Both the position numbers and the translations under genes were made by a program. DNA of 41,154 bases from a virus, in IMG/VR virus record IMGVR_UViG_3300019458_000063, positions 1 through 41,154 of that record; one strand, written 5' to 3'. This document shows positions 22,518 to 31,639 of this stretch, in pieces. The number at the start of each line of letters is the position of its first letter. The first letter of the stretch is position 1. The notes below the pieces were generated by a model that was given only the letters and a program-made list of their open reading frames with translations, had not been told where the DNA came from and ran no database searches.

Positions 22518-22828
22518 CCCGATACGACGATTGGAAAACAGGCGGCGATAACCCGCTGAATCTCTCCCGCGACAGCGAGCGAGCCCGCGACGACCTGCAC
22601 CAGATCGTCAAGGCCTCGGTCCCCGATCGCGGCTACCTGGCCACGGGCTTCGTGATCGCGGCGGACACCGAGGATGGCCGCGACCACGACATCGTCGAAG
22701 TGCACGCGCGCATCGCGCTGCGCGTCGATGGCGCCACGGAAGGCGCCTCGGCCGCGCGCGATCTGGTCGGTGTGCTCCGCGAGTGGGCTCGCGACATCGA
22801 AGACGAGGCGGAGAGAGCAGAAAAATGA
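22514..22828 (+). CDS. Hypothetical protein
   Basis: 104-aa ORF, translationally coupled (ATGA) to both neighbours. Confidence 0.55.
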   Translation: MTRYDDWKTGGDNPLNLSRDSERARDDLHQIVKASVPDRGYLATGFVIAADTEDGRDHDIVEVHARIALRVDGATEGASAARDLVGVLREWARDIEDEAERAEK

Positions 22829-23046
22829 ATCTCCATAATCGATGCCGGTCGTTGACGCGCTACGCGGCGGACGACTCCGATCGCTGGCGGCAAGCCTACG
22901 TCGACTGCCAGTGCGCGACGGCCCTACGCAAAATGGGCTTCGACGGCGCTGAGCTCGATCACGCCGAGCGGGTGGCGATCGAGGTACTCGATCGCCTCCT
23001 CAAGGAAGAACGCGACGGGAGGCACGGATGCTCGGACAAGCGCTAA
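22825..23046 (+). CDS. Hypothetical protein
   Basis: Starts at ATG 22825 (MNLHNRCRSL...) within track ORF 22783..23046. Confidence 0.5.
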   Translation: MNLHNRCRSLTRYAADDSDRWRQAYVDCQCATALRKMGFDGAELDHAERVAIEVLDRLLKEERDGRHGCSDKR

Positions 23047-23240
23047 GGCCCGGCGATCGCGTGATCTACTTCGGCGAGCTCGGCATCTCGCGCGGCGTCG
23101 TCAAAAAAATCACATCCGACAAGCCGAGCGCCTCCGCGCACATCTATTTTCCGATGCAGGATGTGACCGTCTCGATTCCGCTGCGCAACCGCGACCTAGA
23201 ACGAGAACCGCCCGCGGACTCGACGAAAGGCGCGGCATGA
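23028..23240 (+). CDS. Hypothetical protein
   Basis: 70-aa ORF; ATGA overlap with the SNF2 gene. Confidence 0.45.
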   Translation: MLGQALRPGDRVIYFGELGISRGVVKKITSDKPSASAHIYFPMQDVTVSIPLRNRDLEREPPADSTKGAA

Positions 23241-24655
23241 GCAGCGACCAGCCGCCGATACGCCGCCGCGATGCCTGGCGCCATCAACTCGCTGCCTACC
23301 ACTACGCCAAGGATCGGCCGGCGACCATGCTCGCGCTCGGAATGGGGACGGGGAAAACGAAGGTCGCGCTCGATCTGGTGCAAAATAGCGACGCGCGTAC
23401 CGTGCTGGTACTCTGCCCCGTGAGTGTGCTCGAGGTGTGGCGGGATCAATTCGCCCAACACATGGAGCGCATGTTCGCCGAGATCAAAATACTCGATCGC
23501 GGCACGGCGGGGTGGAAGGCCGCGGAAGCGTCGCACTTCTTAGCGAAAGAGAGCGTCGGTCCTCGGTTGCTCGTGATCTCCTATGACTCCGCCCGCATGC
23601 CGGCGTTCGCCAGTTGGGCGCTCAAGCAATCCTGGGACTGGGTGATCCTCGACGAATCGCATCGGATCAAGCAAGCCAGCGGCAAGACGAGTCGCTTCTG
23701 CGCGCGGCTCGCGGACAAGGCCAGGCGGCGCTTGTGCCTGACCGGCACTCCGATGCCTCATTCTCCGCTCGATATATTCGCGCAGTACCGATTTTTGGAT
23801 CGAAGAATCTTCGGCTACTACTATACACAATTCCGATCTCGATACGCCGTCACCGATCGCATGTTCCCCAGTAAGGTTCTGCGCTGGATCAACCAGGACG
23901 AGTTATCCCAGAAGGTCGCCAGAATCGCCTACCGAGTCGGCAGTGATGTACTCGACCTGCCGCCGCTGCTCAAAGTCAATCTGCCGGTCGCGTTGTCGAG
24001 CTCGGCCATGCGGACCTACCGCGAGTTGCGCGACGAGCTCGTGACCGAGATGCGCGCGAGCGACGGAACAGTAACCGTGACAGTCGACAATGCGCTCGTG
24101 AAATTGCTCAGGCTTCAGCAAATCGCCAGCGGAAATGTCTCGATCGGTGGCGACTCGGTCCACATGATCGACAGCGGCAAGACCATCGCGCTCGAGGAGT
24201 TCCTCCTCGACCTGGACCGGACGGAAAAAGTGGTCGTGTTCTGCCGCTTCGTGTCGGACCTGTCCGCGGTGCGGCGCGTGGCGGAATCGCTCGGTCGAAA
24301 CTACGGAGAGTTGTCGGGCCGGCACAACGATCTCATCGGCGGCCGGCTGCCGAGCGAGGCTCAGGTGTTTGCCGTGCAGATTCAAGCGGGCGGCCTCGGT
24401 GTTGATCTGTCGGCCGCGAGCTATTGCGTGTATTACACGCTGGGATACTCCCTCGGTGATTACGAACAGTCGCTCGCGCGACTGCACCGGCCCGGCCAGA
24501 AGAAGAGCGTGCGCGCGTACCACCTGATCGCCACAGGGACGGTCGACGAGGACGTTATTCGCGCACTGGACCACAAGCGCGAGGTCGTGGACTTCGTTCT
24601 GCGAAAATTGAAAGGCGAGTATGAGCACATACGGCAAGACGCAGTCCGCGCTTGA
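23237..24655 (+). CDS. SNF2/DEAD-like superfamily-2 helicase
   Basis: GMGTGKTKVAL (motif I), ILDESHRIK (II), LTGTP (III), LARLHRPGQKK (VI). Confidence 0.85.
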   Translation: MSSDQPPIRRRDAWRHQLAAYHYAKDRPATMLALGMGTGKTKVALDLVQNSDARTVLVLCPVSVLEVWRDQFAQHMERMFAEIKILDRGTAGWKAAEASHFLAKESVGPRLLVISYDSARMPAFASWALKQSWDWVILDESHRIKQASGKTSRFCARLADKARRRLCLTGTPMPHSPLDIFAQYRFLDRRIFGYYYTQFRSRYAVTDRMFPSKVLRWINQDELSQKVARIAYRVGSDVLDLPPLLKVNLPVALSSSAMRTYRELRDELVTEMRASDGTVTVTVDNALVKLLRLQQIASGNVSIGGDSVHMIDSGKTIALEEFLLDLDRTEKVVVFCRFVSDLSAVRRVAESLGRNYGELSGRHNDLIGGRLPSEAQVFAVQIQAGGLGVDLSAASYCVYYTLGYSLGDYEQSLARLHRPGQKKSVRAYHLIATGTVDEDVIRALDHKREVVDFVLRKLKGEYEHIRQDAVRA

Positions 24656-25049
24656 TCTGTCGGGCATGCTGCGGGAGTACAACGAATTGACGTGGCGGCG
24701 TGCATCCGTGCAAGGACAACTCAACGACTTGACCAGCGAGCGCGACGCGCTCGAGGAGCGGATCGTTGATGCGATGAGCGAGGCCGGCATCGCTGGCATG
24801 AAGATCGACGACCGCAATTTCTTTCTGGCTCGTACACGATACGCGAGCCTGAAGCCGGGACTCGACATCACCGCCTACGTGCGGCGACTCGTCGAGAGCG
24901 ACCTAGGAGATTTGCTGACGATCAAGGTGGGCACGGCGAAGGCGATCCTGAGCGAGGCCGAGGATAATGGCAACGAGGCACCGAAGATACTGGAAGAAAT
25001 CTGCGACTACTACACCAAGCTGGGACTGAGGAGCCGGGCGACATCGTAA
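24621..25049 (+). CDS. Coiled-coil replication-module protein (possibly Gp157-like)
   Basis: 142 aa, coiled-coil N-terminus, positioned after the SNF2 helicase; family assignment from memory only. Confidence 0.4.
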   Translation: MSTYGKTQSALDLSGMLREYNELTWRRASVQGQLNDLTSERDALEERIVDAMSEAGIAGMKIDDRNFFLARTRYASLKPGLDITAYVRRLVESDLGDLLTIKVGTAKAILSEAEDNGNEAPKILEEICDYYTKLGLRSRATS

Positions 25050-25079
25050 CTGAGAACCGAAGAAATAGGAGCAACGATC

Positions 25080-25742
25080 ATGGCTACGGACATCGCTGTG
25101 TTTGATCTGCGGAAGTATCCAGCCCTCGCCGACGGCGCGAGCGAGGCCATGGCCATCAACCTGGCCGGCGAAAAGATGAGCGAGTTTGACTTGGATCAAC
25201 TCAAAGTTCCCGCCGGTGGTGGTACAAGTTGGGACGTGCCTACCCTGGAGGGCGCGAAGGCCGCGAAGGAGGTGACCGGCGTGATGGTCAACATCCTCCG
25301 CAGGCGCAGCTACTGGGCCTCGACCGACCCGAGCGGCGACCCACCGGATTGCTTTTCACTCGACATGGAAAAGGGCATCGGCGATCCAGGCGGCGAGTGC
25401 GAGTCATGCCCCATGAACCAGTTCGGCTCGGCGTCGAACGAGCGCGGCAAGGCGTGCAAGGAGACTCGCTCGATCTTTCTGTTGCGTGAGGGCGACGCGC
25501 TGCCGATCGTGGTGCACGTGCCACCGGGTAGTTTACTCGGCCTGAAAAAGTATCTCTTCCAATTGGCGCAGCAATCCGTGCCGTATTTCACGGGGATTTC
25601 ACGACTGAGCCTGGATCAGGACAAAAACAAAGACGGCATCAAGTTTTCCAAGATCGCCTTTGAATTCGTGGGGCGGATCGACGAGGAGGGCGTGGCCGCG
25701 ATCCGCGGCTACGCGCGGCGAATCGGGGAGTCGGTGCAGTGA
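25080..25742 (+). CDS. Conserved replication/recombination-module protein with Cys cluster
   Basis: 220 aa; PPDCFSLD...GGECESCPMNQFGS...GKACKETR motif; function unknown. Confidence 0.5.
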   Translation: MATDIAVFDLRKYPALADGASEAMAINLAGEKMSEFDLDQLKVPAGGGTSWDVPTLEGAKAAKEVTGVMVNILRRRSYWASTDPSGDPPDCFSLDMEKGIGDPGGECESCPMNQFGSASNERGKACKETRSIFLLREGDALPIVVHVPPGSLLGLKKYLFQLAQQSVPYFTGISRLSLDQDKNKDGIKFSKIAFEFVGRIDEEGVAAIRGYARRIGESVQ

Positions 25743-25781
25743 TGCAGCGAAACAAAACCCAGTGGATGATGGGGGTGACCG

Positions 25782-27440
25782 ATGGAGTCGGCCGCTACGC
25801 TCGGCGTGGAGTTTCTTCGGCTGTGGTTCGGCGAGTCGTTCGAGGGTCGCGTGGTGCTGTGGTGGAGTTCGCGCGTCAGCGAGTGGCTATCGAGTGAGAC
25901 GCTCGAGTCGCGCGTTGAATCGGCGATCCACCAGAGCATCGAAGCGAAGAGCGATCTGTATTTCGGCGTGTGCAGTCAGTCGCCGACTGGTGAACGATCG
26001 GGCAGTCGGGGAACAGCCGCCAACGCGGCAGAGATGCCCGGTGTGTGGTGCGACCTCGATTTCGAGAAGGACGTCTCCGCGAAGAAGTATCCGCCGCGGG
26101 AGATCGCGGAGCAGTGCCTGGCGAGTCTACCGCTAGCGCCTTCGGTGGTGGTCGAGACCGGCGGCGGTCTGCATATCTATTGGCTCTTCCACGATCCTCT
26201 CTCGCTCGGCGATGTCCAGCGGAAGAGAGCGACGGCGCTGGTCAAGGGTTGGCAGGGACTGATCGCGGCGAAGCTCGAGGCGTCCGGCTACGACTTGGAT
26301 CGCACACACGATCTGGCTCGTGTGCTGCGCGTGCCGGGCTCGTGGCACTCGGGGAAGGGCCAGCGAGTCGAGTTGCGGACCGACCTGGGCAATGTCTCGC
26401 GCTACGAGCCGGCGGACCTCGAGCAATATCTTGCCTGTGGCGAGGTCGATGTGCGGGACCGGGAGAGCAACGGGCGTGGCGTGGTAGTGCGCGATGTAAT
26501 TCTAAGCGACGAGTCTGAAATCTCTCACGGGCGCTGGGAATCCCTGTACACGAACTGTAAGGAATTCGCCGCTTCGTGGGATCATAAGACCAAGAAACCG
26601 AGCCTCAGCGAGTACGACTCGTCGATCGCTCGGTACGCGGTCGACGCCGGATGGCAGGATCAGGAGGTCGCCAACTTGATCATCTCTCACCGGAAGAAGT
26701 GGGACAAGTCGGAAGCCAGCATGCGGAAGGTGCTGCGGCCAGATTACATCTCGGGCGTGATTAGATTGGTGCGTCAATCGAGTGGCGAGCCTGAGGCCGT
26801 CACGCGGGCGATCGACGATCTGGATGTTGTGCTAGCGACTAGTGACCGGGAAAAGATTGTCGATCAGATATCGAAAATCCTGGGAGTGCAGGTTGCCGGC
26901 TGGATCAAGGCTGGGGAGGAACAACCGATCTACTCGTTGCGGCTGGCGGACGGGCGTGAGGTTTTGATCGGAACAGCAGACAATCTGATCAAGGGGGGGT
27001 CGTCCTCCGTGGCCACTCGACTCTATGAGACTTGCGACATCGTGATGAGCCGCGTCAAACAGAAGCAGTGGGAGACGGTTTTACGCGGTCTCTCGTCGAT
27101 CGTCGAGAGGATCAGCGCGGCCGACTCCGAGCCCCTCCAACGGCTGTCAGAGTTCGTCGAAATGTACGCCGGTGAGGGGGCTCGCATGTACTCCGTCGAA
27201 TCTCCCGAGCAAAGATCGGTGCCTTGTTTGAGCTGCGCTCCGTTCGTTGAACAGGGGTCCTTACACATCCACGCGGAGAGTTTGCTCTCATACCTGGCCA
27301 TTCGAGGAAGCAGAATGGAGAAGCGTTTTTTGACTTATCAGCTACGTATGATTGGATTTGCGCCGACGCACGTGGCGTTTGAAAAGGCAACTGGCGTGAG
27401 ATCATCACGCTCATACTGGCGTCGCCCTTGTGTAGTATAG
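25782..27440 (+). CDS. Primase-polymerase (archaeo-eukaryotic primase superfamily) with C-terminal domain of unknown function
   Basis: WCDLDFE (DxD), ETGGGLHIYWLF, and RVLRVPGSWH are AEP prim-pol motifs; no Walker A seen in the C-terminal half. Confidence 0.75.
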   Translation: MESAATLGVEFLRLWFGESFEGRVVLWWSSRVSEWLSSETLESRVESAIHQSIEAKSDLYFGVCSQSPTGERSGSRGTAANAAEMPGVWCDLDFEKDVSAKKYPPREIAEQCLASLPLAPSVVVETGGGLHIYWLFHDPLSLGDVQRKRATALVKGWQGLIAAKLEASGYDLDRTHDLARVLRVPGSWHSGKGQRVELRTDLGNVSRYEPADLEQYLACGEVDVRDRESNGRGVVVRDVILSDESEISHGRWESLYTNCKEFAASWDHKTKKPSLSEYDSSIARYAVDAGWQDQEVANLIISHRKKWDKSEASMRKVLRPDYISGVIRLVRQSSGEPEAVTRAIDDLDVVLATSDREKIVDQISKILGVQVAGWIKAGEEQPIYSLRLADGREVLIGTADNLIKGGSSSVATRLYETCDIVMSRVKQKQWETVLRGLSSIVERISAADSEPLQRLSEFVEMYAGEGARMYSVESPEQRSVPCLSCAPFVEQGSLHIHAESLLSYLAIRGSRMEKRFLTYQLRMIGFAPTHVAFEKATGVRSSRSYWRRPCVV

Positions 27441-27562
27441 GATCCTAATTTCGATTTTGATTCTGATTTAGAATCGACTACACAAGCTACACAGTTACAC
27501 ATACCTTACCTGTATAGAGTTATGGCGAGTACTCAATTACACAGAGCTACACAAGCTACACA
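27429..27562. repeat. Iteron-like array of (C/T)TACACA heptamers at 9-nt spacing
   Basis: Direct copies at 27478, 27487, 27495, 27537, 27547 and 27556, plus one inverted copy (tgtgtag) at 27429; they flank the helicase start codon. Confidence 0.8.
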
Positions 27563-29216
27563 AGCGAATGAGTACCGGCGCATCGGCCCTCCGGGCACCG
27601 GGAAGACGACGTGGATCGTCGGGCAGATCGAGCGCGCCGTGGACGCCTACGTGCGACGCACAGGGCGACTTGCCGCTGAGTGTGGGGATGTACTCGTGAG
27701 CAGCCTGACTCGCTCAGCGGCCGCCGAGGTGCGTTCTCGCGGCATCGAGATTCCACCCACCACCATCCGAACTCTGCACTCGCACGCCTACCATGCCCTC
27801 GGGGAGCCGGCGATGTGCGTCGGCCGGACGGAGCTGGCGGACTTCAACGCCTGGTGCCAGCCGGGTCATCGGGTGCGATTCTCCAGCGCGGCCGATTCGC
27901 GGGAGGAGGACGGAGAACCCGACTCGAACGAGTCGCCGGACTTCGACTGGCTGCACGACTACCACTGCCACCGGGCCCGACTCCAACCTCGCGAGCAGTG
28001 GAGCACGGGGTTGCAGGCGTTCGCGGCGGAGTACGAACAGTGGAAGCGCCTCACTGGTCTTGCGGATTTTTCCGACCTGATCGAACGAGCCTATCGAGAC
28101 TGCGACTCAGCTCCGGGCAAGCCCTCGATCATCTTCGTCGACGAGGCCCAGGACCATGACCGATCGGAGCTGCGACTCGTGCGCAAGTGGGCGCTCGAGG
28201 CGGACAAGCTGATCGTGGTGGGCGACCCTTGGCAAAACCTGTACGAGTGGCGCGGCAGTGAGCCCTCGGCGTTCTTCGAGACTGAGATTCCAGACGGCCA
28301 TCAAAAGACGCTCGACCAAAGCTATCGAGTGCCGCGTGCCGTGCACTCCATCGCGACCAGGCTGCTCGATCAATGCCTCGACAACGGACCGAGTCAAGAT
28401 TATCTCTGGCGACCACGCGACGCCGATGGGCTCGTAACCCACGGCTGGTATCACTTCACGCGCGGCAGCGCCGATCAACTGGTGCACGAAGTGTGCGCCA
28501 GAGAATCGGCCGGCAAGAGCGTGATGATCCTGGCCACCTGCCAATACCAGCTCACCGCGGTCTGCGCCGCGCTCAAGCGCGCAGCCGTACCATACTGGAA
28601 TCCTCTCTCTCTCGCGCGCGGAATGTTCAATCCTCTACATCCTAAGTATGGGACCCCCACACATATACGGGTCCAAGCGTACCTCCGACCGGATCGAAAA
28701 CACTTCGGAGAGCGGGCCCGATCGTGGACCTGGTCGGAGTTGTCGTCCTGGATGGAGTTGGTGCGCGTGTCACAGGTGCTCACCCGCGGCGAGCTGCAGA
28801 CGATCGATACACACACCAAGCAGGACGGAGATGCGAAGGTGCCGGCCGACCGGCTGCATACGCTCTTCGCGCCCGGCGTATTCGACCGCGCGGCCAATCT
28901 CAATCTCGACTGGCTGATCTTGGTCGCCAAACCCGAGGCGGCCCATAAGATCGAATACATCAAGGCCATCATCGACGCGCGAGGCATCAAGGGCCTGCGA
29001 GAACGCCCTCGCGTGATCGTCGGCACGATCCACTCGGTCAAGGGCGGCGAGGCGGACTGCGTGTTCCTCTCGCCGTGGCTGAGTCGGTCGGCGCTGCTGG
29101 AATACACGGAGCATCGGCGCGACGCGATCTGGCGGCAGTTTTACGTCGGCATGACACGCGCACGCGAGGAGTTAATTCTGTGTGGAGGCAGGGATGGGCA
29201 GTCAATCTCATGGTGA
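27522..29216 (+). CDS. UvrD/Rep/PcrA-like superfamily-1 DNA helicase
   Basis: GPPGTGKTT (Walker A), IIFVDEAQD (II), TIHSVKGGEADCV, VGMTRAREEL. Confidence 0.85.
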   Translation: MASTQLHRATQATQANEYRRIGPPGTGKTTWIVGQIERAVDAYVRRTGRLAAECGDVLVSSLTRSAAAEVRSRGIEIPPTTIRTLHSHAYHALGEPAMCVGRTELADFNAWCQPGHRVRFSSAADSREEDGEPDSNESPDFDWLHDYHCHRARLQPREQWSTGLQAFAAEYEQWKRLTGLADFSDLIERAYRDCDSAPGKPSIIFVDEAQDHDRSELRLVRKWALEADKLIVVGDPWQNLYEWRGSEPSAFFETEIPDGHQKTLDQSYRVPRAVHSIATRLLDQCLDNGPSQDYLWRPRDADGLVTHGWYHFTRGSADQLVHEVCARESAGKSVMILATCQYQLTAVCAALKRAAVPYWNPLSLARGMFNPLHPKYGTPTHIRVQAYLRPDRKHFGERARSWTWSELSSWMELVRVSQVLTRGELQTIDTHTKQDGDAKVPADRLHTLFAPGVFDRAANLNLDWLILVAKPEAAHKIEYIKAIIDARGIKGLRERPRVIVGTIHSVKGGEADCVFLSPWLSRSALLEYTEHRRDAIWRQFYVGMTRAREELILCGGRDGQSISW

Positions 29217-29234
29217 ATCAAGTACGCGGAGAAC

Positions 29235-29317
29235 CGAAAAAGCCTACCACCGATAGCATTTTTTTTGACCAGTGAAACTAGGATTTAGAATCCATATAAC
29301 TAAGGGGCGAAAAGATA
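29235..29317 (+). promoter_or_regulatory. Repeated promoter-like element, copy 1 (see 39797..39877)
   Basis: cgaaaaagcctaccaccgatagcaT8gaccagtgaaactaggatttagaatccatataactaaggggcgaaaag. Contains TTGACC and TAGAAT (15-nt spacer), TATAAC, and an AAGGGG ribosome-binding motif before GTG 29318. Confidence 0.5.
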
Positions 29318-29635
29318 GTGACTCAAGTACGAGAGGCCACAGTGCTTGCCTACTTCAGAAAACAGCTACGTGCGCGAGGCGCCGTAGTCCTGAAGCTCCA
29401 CGGCTCGTCGATGCAAATGCCAGGGCTCCCTGATCTGCTGTGTCTGTACCGTGGATCATACACCTGGATCGAGCTAAAGGTTAAAGGGCAGGACTTGAGC
29501 AAAATACAAGAGCACCGAGCGAAGGAATTGCGCGAGGCTGGCGCGACGGTGGAAGTGTTCTACGCGAGGGGCGATGACTGGAAGGGTCGAGTGAACGAGT
29601 TGATTGGTTGGTGTACGCCATACACGAATTCATGA
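29318..29635 (+). CDS. VRR-NUC domain nuclease (PD-(D/E)xK)
   Basis: GLPDLLCLYRGSYTWIELKVKGQDLSKIQEHRAKEL matches the VRR-NUC pattern; GTG start. Confidence 0.8.
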   Translation: MTQVREATVLAYFRKQLRARGAVVLKLHGSSMQMPGLPDLLCLYRGSYTWIELKVKGQDLSKIQEHRAKELREAGATVEVFYARGDDWKGRVNELIGWCTPYTNS

Positions 29636-29650
29636 CGCCCTCAACACGGT

Positions 29651-30550
29651 GTGCAAGTCACTGGAAGAATGGAGACGCGACAAATGAAGGTCAAACGACG
29701 GTCTCGGAAGGCATTCAGGGAACAGGCCCGGATAGAGGAAATCGGACCTGAGAAGGCGGCGATGTACCTGGGGACGATGTGCCAACAGCGAAATCTACGA
29801 ATACAGAGAGTCTCCTACTTAGCTGACGAAATGACAGCAGGTCGATTTCTGCTGACGAATGATGCCATTACGTTCAATCGTCGCGGTGAGCTGATTAACG
29901 GGCAGCATCGCTTGAGAGCCGTTATCGCGTCTGGGAAACCTCAGCGTTTCCTTGTTCTCAGGCAGGTGACAGACGACACGATTTATGTGCTCGATGTTGG
30001 TGGACTCCGAACTGACGGAGACCACTTCAAGCTAGCCGGTGTCGATCTTGCCAGTCGCGCGGCGATTGGTGTTCGCCTGTTGCACGACATACTGTATGCT
30101 GATCCTATCCATCCCATAAAAGTAAATGCAAATGTCCTGCTTTCCATGTCGTTGCGTCACCCCAGAATTCAGGACTTCATCCGATTGGCGATGCAGGAGG
30201 GTGGAAGTGGAGCACGGCTAATTAGTGAGACCATCATCGGCCCCTTGGCGTATGTCGTCTCGTTTGAAGACGATGAGTTTTCAAACCTGATGCTACATCG
30301 ACTCCTGACTGGAGACGGGTTGAGAAGTGGCGATCCACTTCACACCGCGAGAGAAAAAATAATCCGCCTAAAGGCGACAGGATTGCTGATGCGCCGGCAG
30401 GAAATTCTTCCGCTTCTGGTGAGAGCCATCAATTGCAATCATCGCGGAGAGCGCGTCTCCAAGCTGTACCTAAACTCAAAGGTGGCGCTGGAGGAGGAGT
30501 TAATCGGACTTGCGGCGTGCCGTGAGTTCGATCAACGAATGATAACCTGA
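29651..30550 (+). CDS. ParB N-terminal-domain-like protein (second copy in the genome)
   Basis: VSYLADEMTAGRFLLTNDAITFNRRGELINGQHRLRAV. Start uncertain (GTG 29651, ATG 29669 or ATG 29684). GC looks lower than in neighbouring genes. Confidence 0.55.
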   Translation: MQVTGRMETRQMKVKRRSRKAFREQARIEEIGPEKAAMYLGTMCQQRNLRIQRVSYLADEMTAGRFLLTNDAITFNRRGELINGQHRLRAVIASGKPQRFLVLRQVTDDTIYVLDVGGLRTDGDHFKLAGVDLASRAAIGVRLLHDILYADPIHPIKVNANVLLSMSLRHPRIQDFIRLAMQEGGSGARLISETIIGPLAYVVSFEDDEFSNLMLHRLLTGDGLRSGDPLHTAREKIIRLKATGLLMRRQEILPLLVRAINCNHRGERVSKLYLNSKVALEEELIGLAACREFDQRMIT

Positions 30551-30565
30551 AAGGAGGTGGGAACG

Positions 30566-31637
30566 ATGACTTTGCAGGCGCCGTTCCCGTACTTTCGGTG
30601 GCAAGTCGACCGTCGCCGACGAGGTGTGGCTGCGCTTCGGAGACACGCCGAATTTCTGCGAACCATTCTGTGGTTCTTGCGCTGTGCTTCTTTGTCGTCC
30701 GCACGACATGGATGGCGGCGAGGTCATCCGCCGTGAAACGGTCAATGACTTATGCGGCATGGTTGCGAACTTTTGGCGATCCGTGCAGCGCGACCCCGAT
30801 GTCGTGGCGCACTATGCCGACTGGATCGTGCACGAGTTGGACCTGCATGCTCGCGGCGATTGGCTGTTTTGCCGGCCGGAATCTAAAGAGTTCGTCGAGC
30901 GGATGCGCGCGGATGAGGGTTACTACTGCGTCAAGACGGCCGGCTATTGGTGCTGGTTCGTCTCAAATTGGATAGGACCCTTGCCGTCGGTGGAGAAGAA
31001 CGTGCACCGTACGGAGACGAGTGTCCACAAGAGGCGTCCCCACCTGTCCGACGCTGGAAACGGCGTCAGCCGGCAGCGTCCACACCTGGCCGACGCTGGA
31101 AAGGGCGTAAGCCGGCAGATTCGCCACCTGGGCGGTGCTGGAAAGGGCGAGTGCGCGCGTCGTGCCGCCGTTCTCGTAGACTGGATGCAGCGGTTGTCCG
31201 ATCGCTTGCGCAACGTGCGTGTGTGCTGCGGTAATTGGGACCGCATACTAGGGCCGAGCGTGACGTGGAATAACGCTGCGCCCGTGGGCGTGTTCCTCGA
31301 TCCGCCCTACCTGTTCGAGACTACTGCTGGCAAGAAACGCGACGACACCCTGTATGGTGTGGACTCCGGCACGGTGGCGCACGATGTTCGCGCCTGGTGC
31401 CTGGCCAACGGCGACAACCCCGATTTTCGCATCGCGCTCTGCGGCTACGAGGGCGAGCACGATCTGCCGGGATGGTCGGTGCATGCGTGGAAGGCGAGCG
31501 GCGGATACGCCAGGGGCGGAAATTCCAACGGCCTGGCGAATCGACACCGCGAGCGGATTTGGTTTTCGCCTCATTGCCTGAACGCGGACGCGATGAGGTA
31601 CCCATTATTTTTCGAGAGCAAGTTAACGGAGTACTGA
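30566..31637 (+). CDS. DNA adenine methyltransferase (Dam / D12 class), with the N-terminal 10 codons in a different frame (+1 shift at 30593-30597)
   Basis: A strong AAGGAGGTG ribosome-binding site plus ATG 30566 encode MTLQAPFPYF. The body frame reads (T)FGGKSTVADEVW...FCEPFCGSCAVLL (motif I) ...VFLDPPY (motif IV). The GGK motif cannot be reached without a frameshift. Confidence 0.75.
31035..31160 (+). repeat. 3 x 42-nt tandem repeat inside the Dam-like gene
   Basis: Units 31035-31076 and 31077-31118 differ at 4 of 42 positions; the third (31119-31160) is more diverged. They encode RPHLSDAGNGVSRQ / RPHLADAGKGVSRQ / IRHLGGAGKGECAR. Confidence 0.85.
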
Positions 31638-31639
31638 AC

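Noticed and set aside
23903-24871. 322-aa minus-strand ORF
   Set aside because: It is antisense to the SNF2 helicase, whose motifs I-VI read cleanly on the plus strand.
27429-27562. CRISPR array (this iteron array, the 42-nt repeats at 31035-31160 and the 12-nt repeats at 21629-21676)
   Set aside because: The repeats are contiguous or 2-3 nt apart, far shorter than CRISPR repeats, have no unique spacers, and mostly lie inside coding sequence.
29255-29270. T8 run after the helicase gene as a rho-independent terminator
   Set aside because: No GC-rich hairpin precedes it. The same T-tract is conserved in the second copy of the promoter-like element, so an UP-element-like role is more likely.
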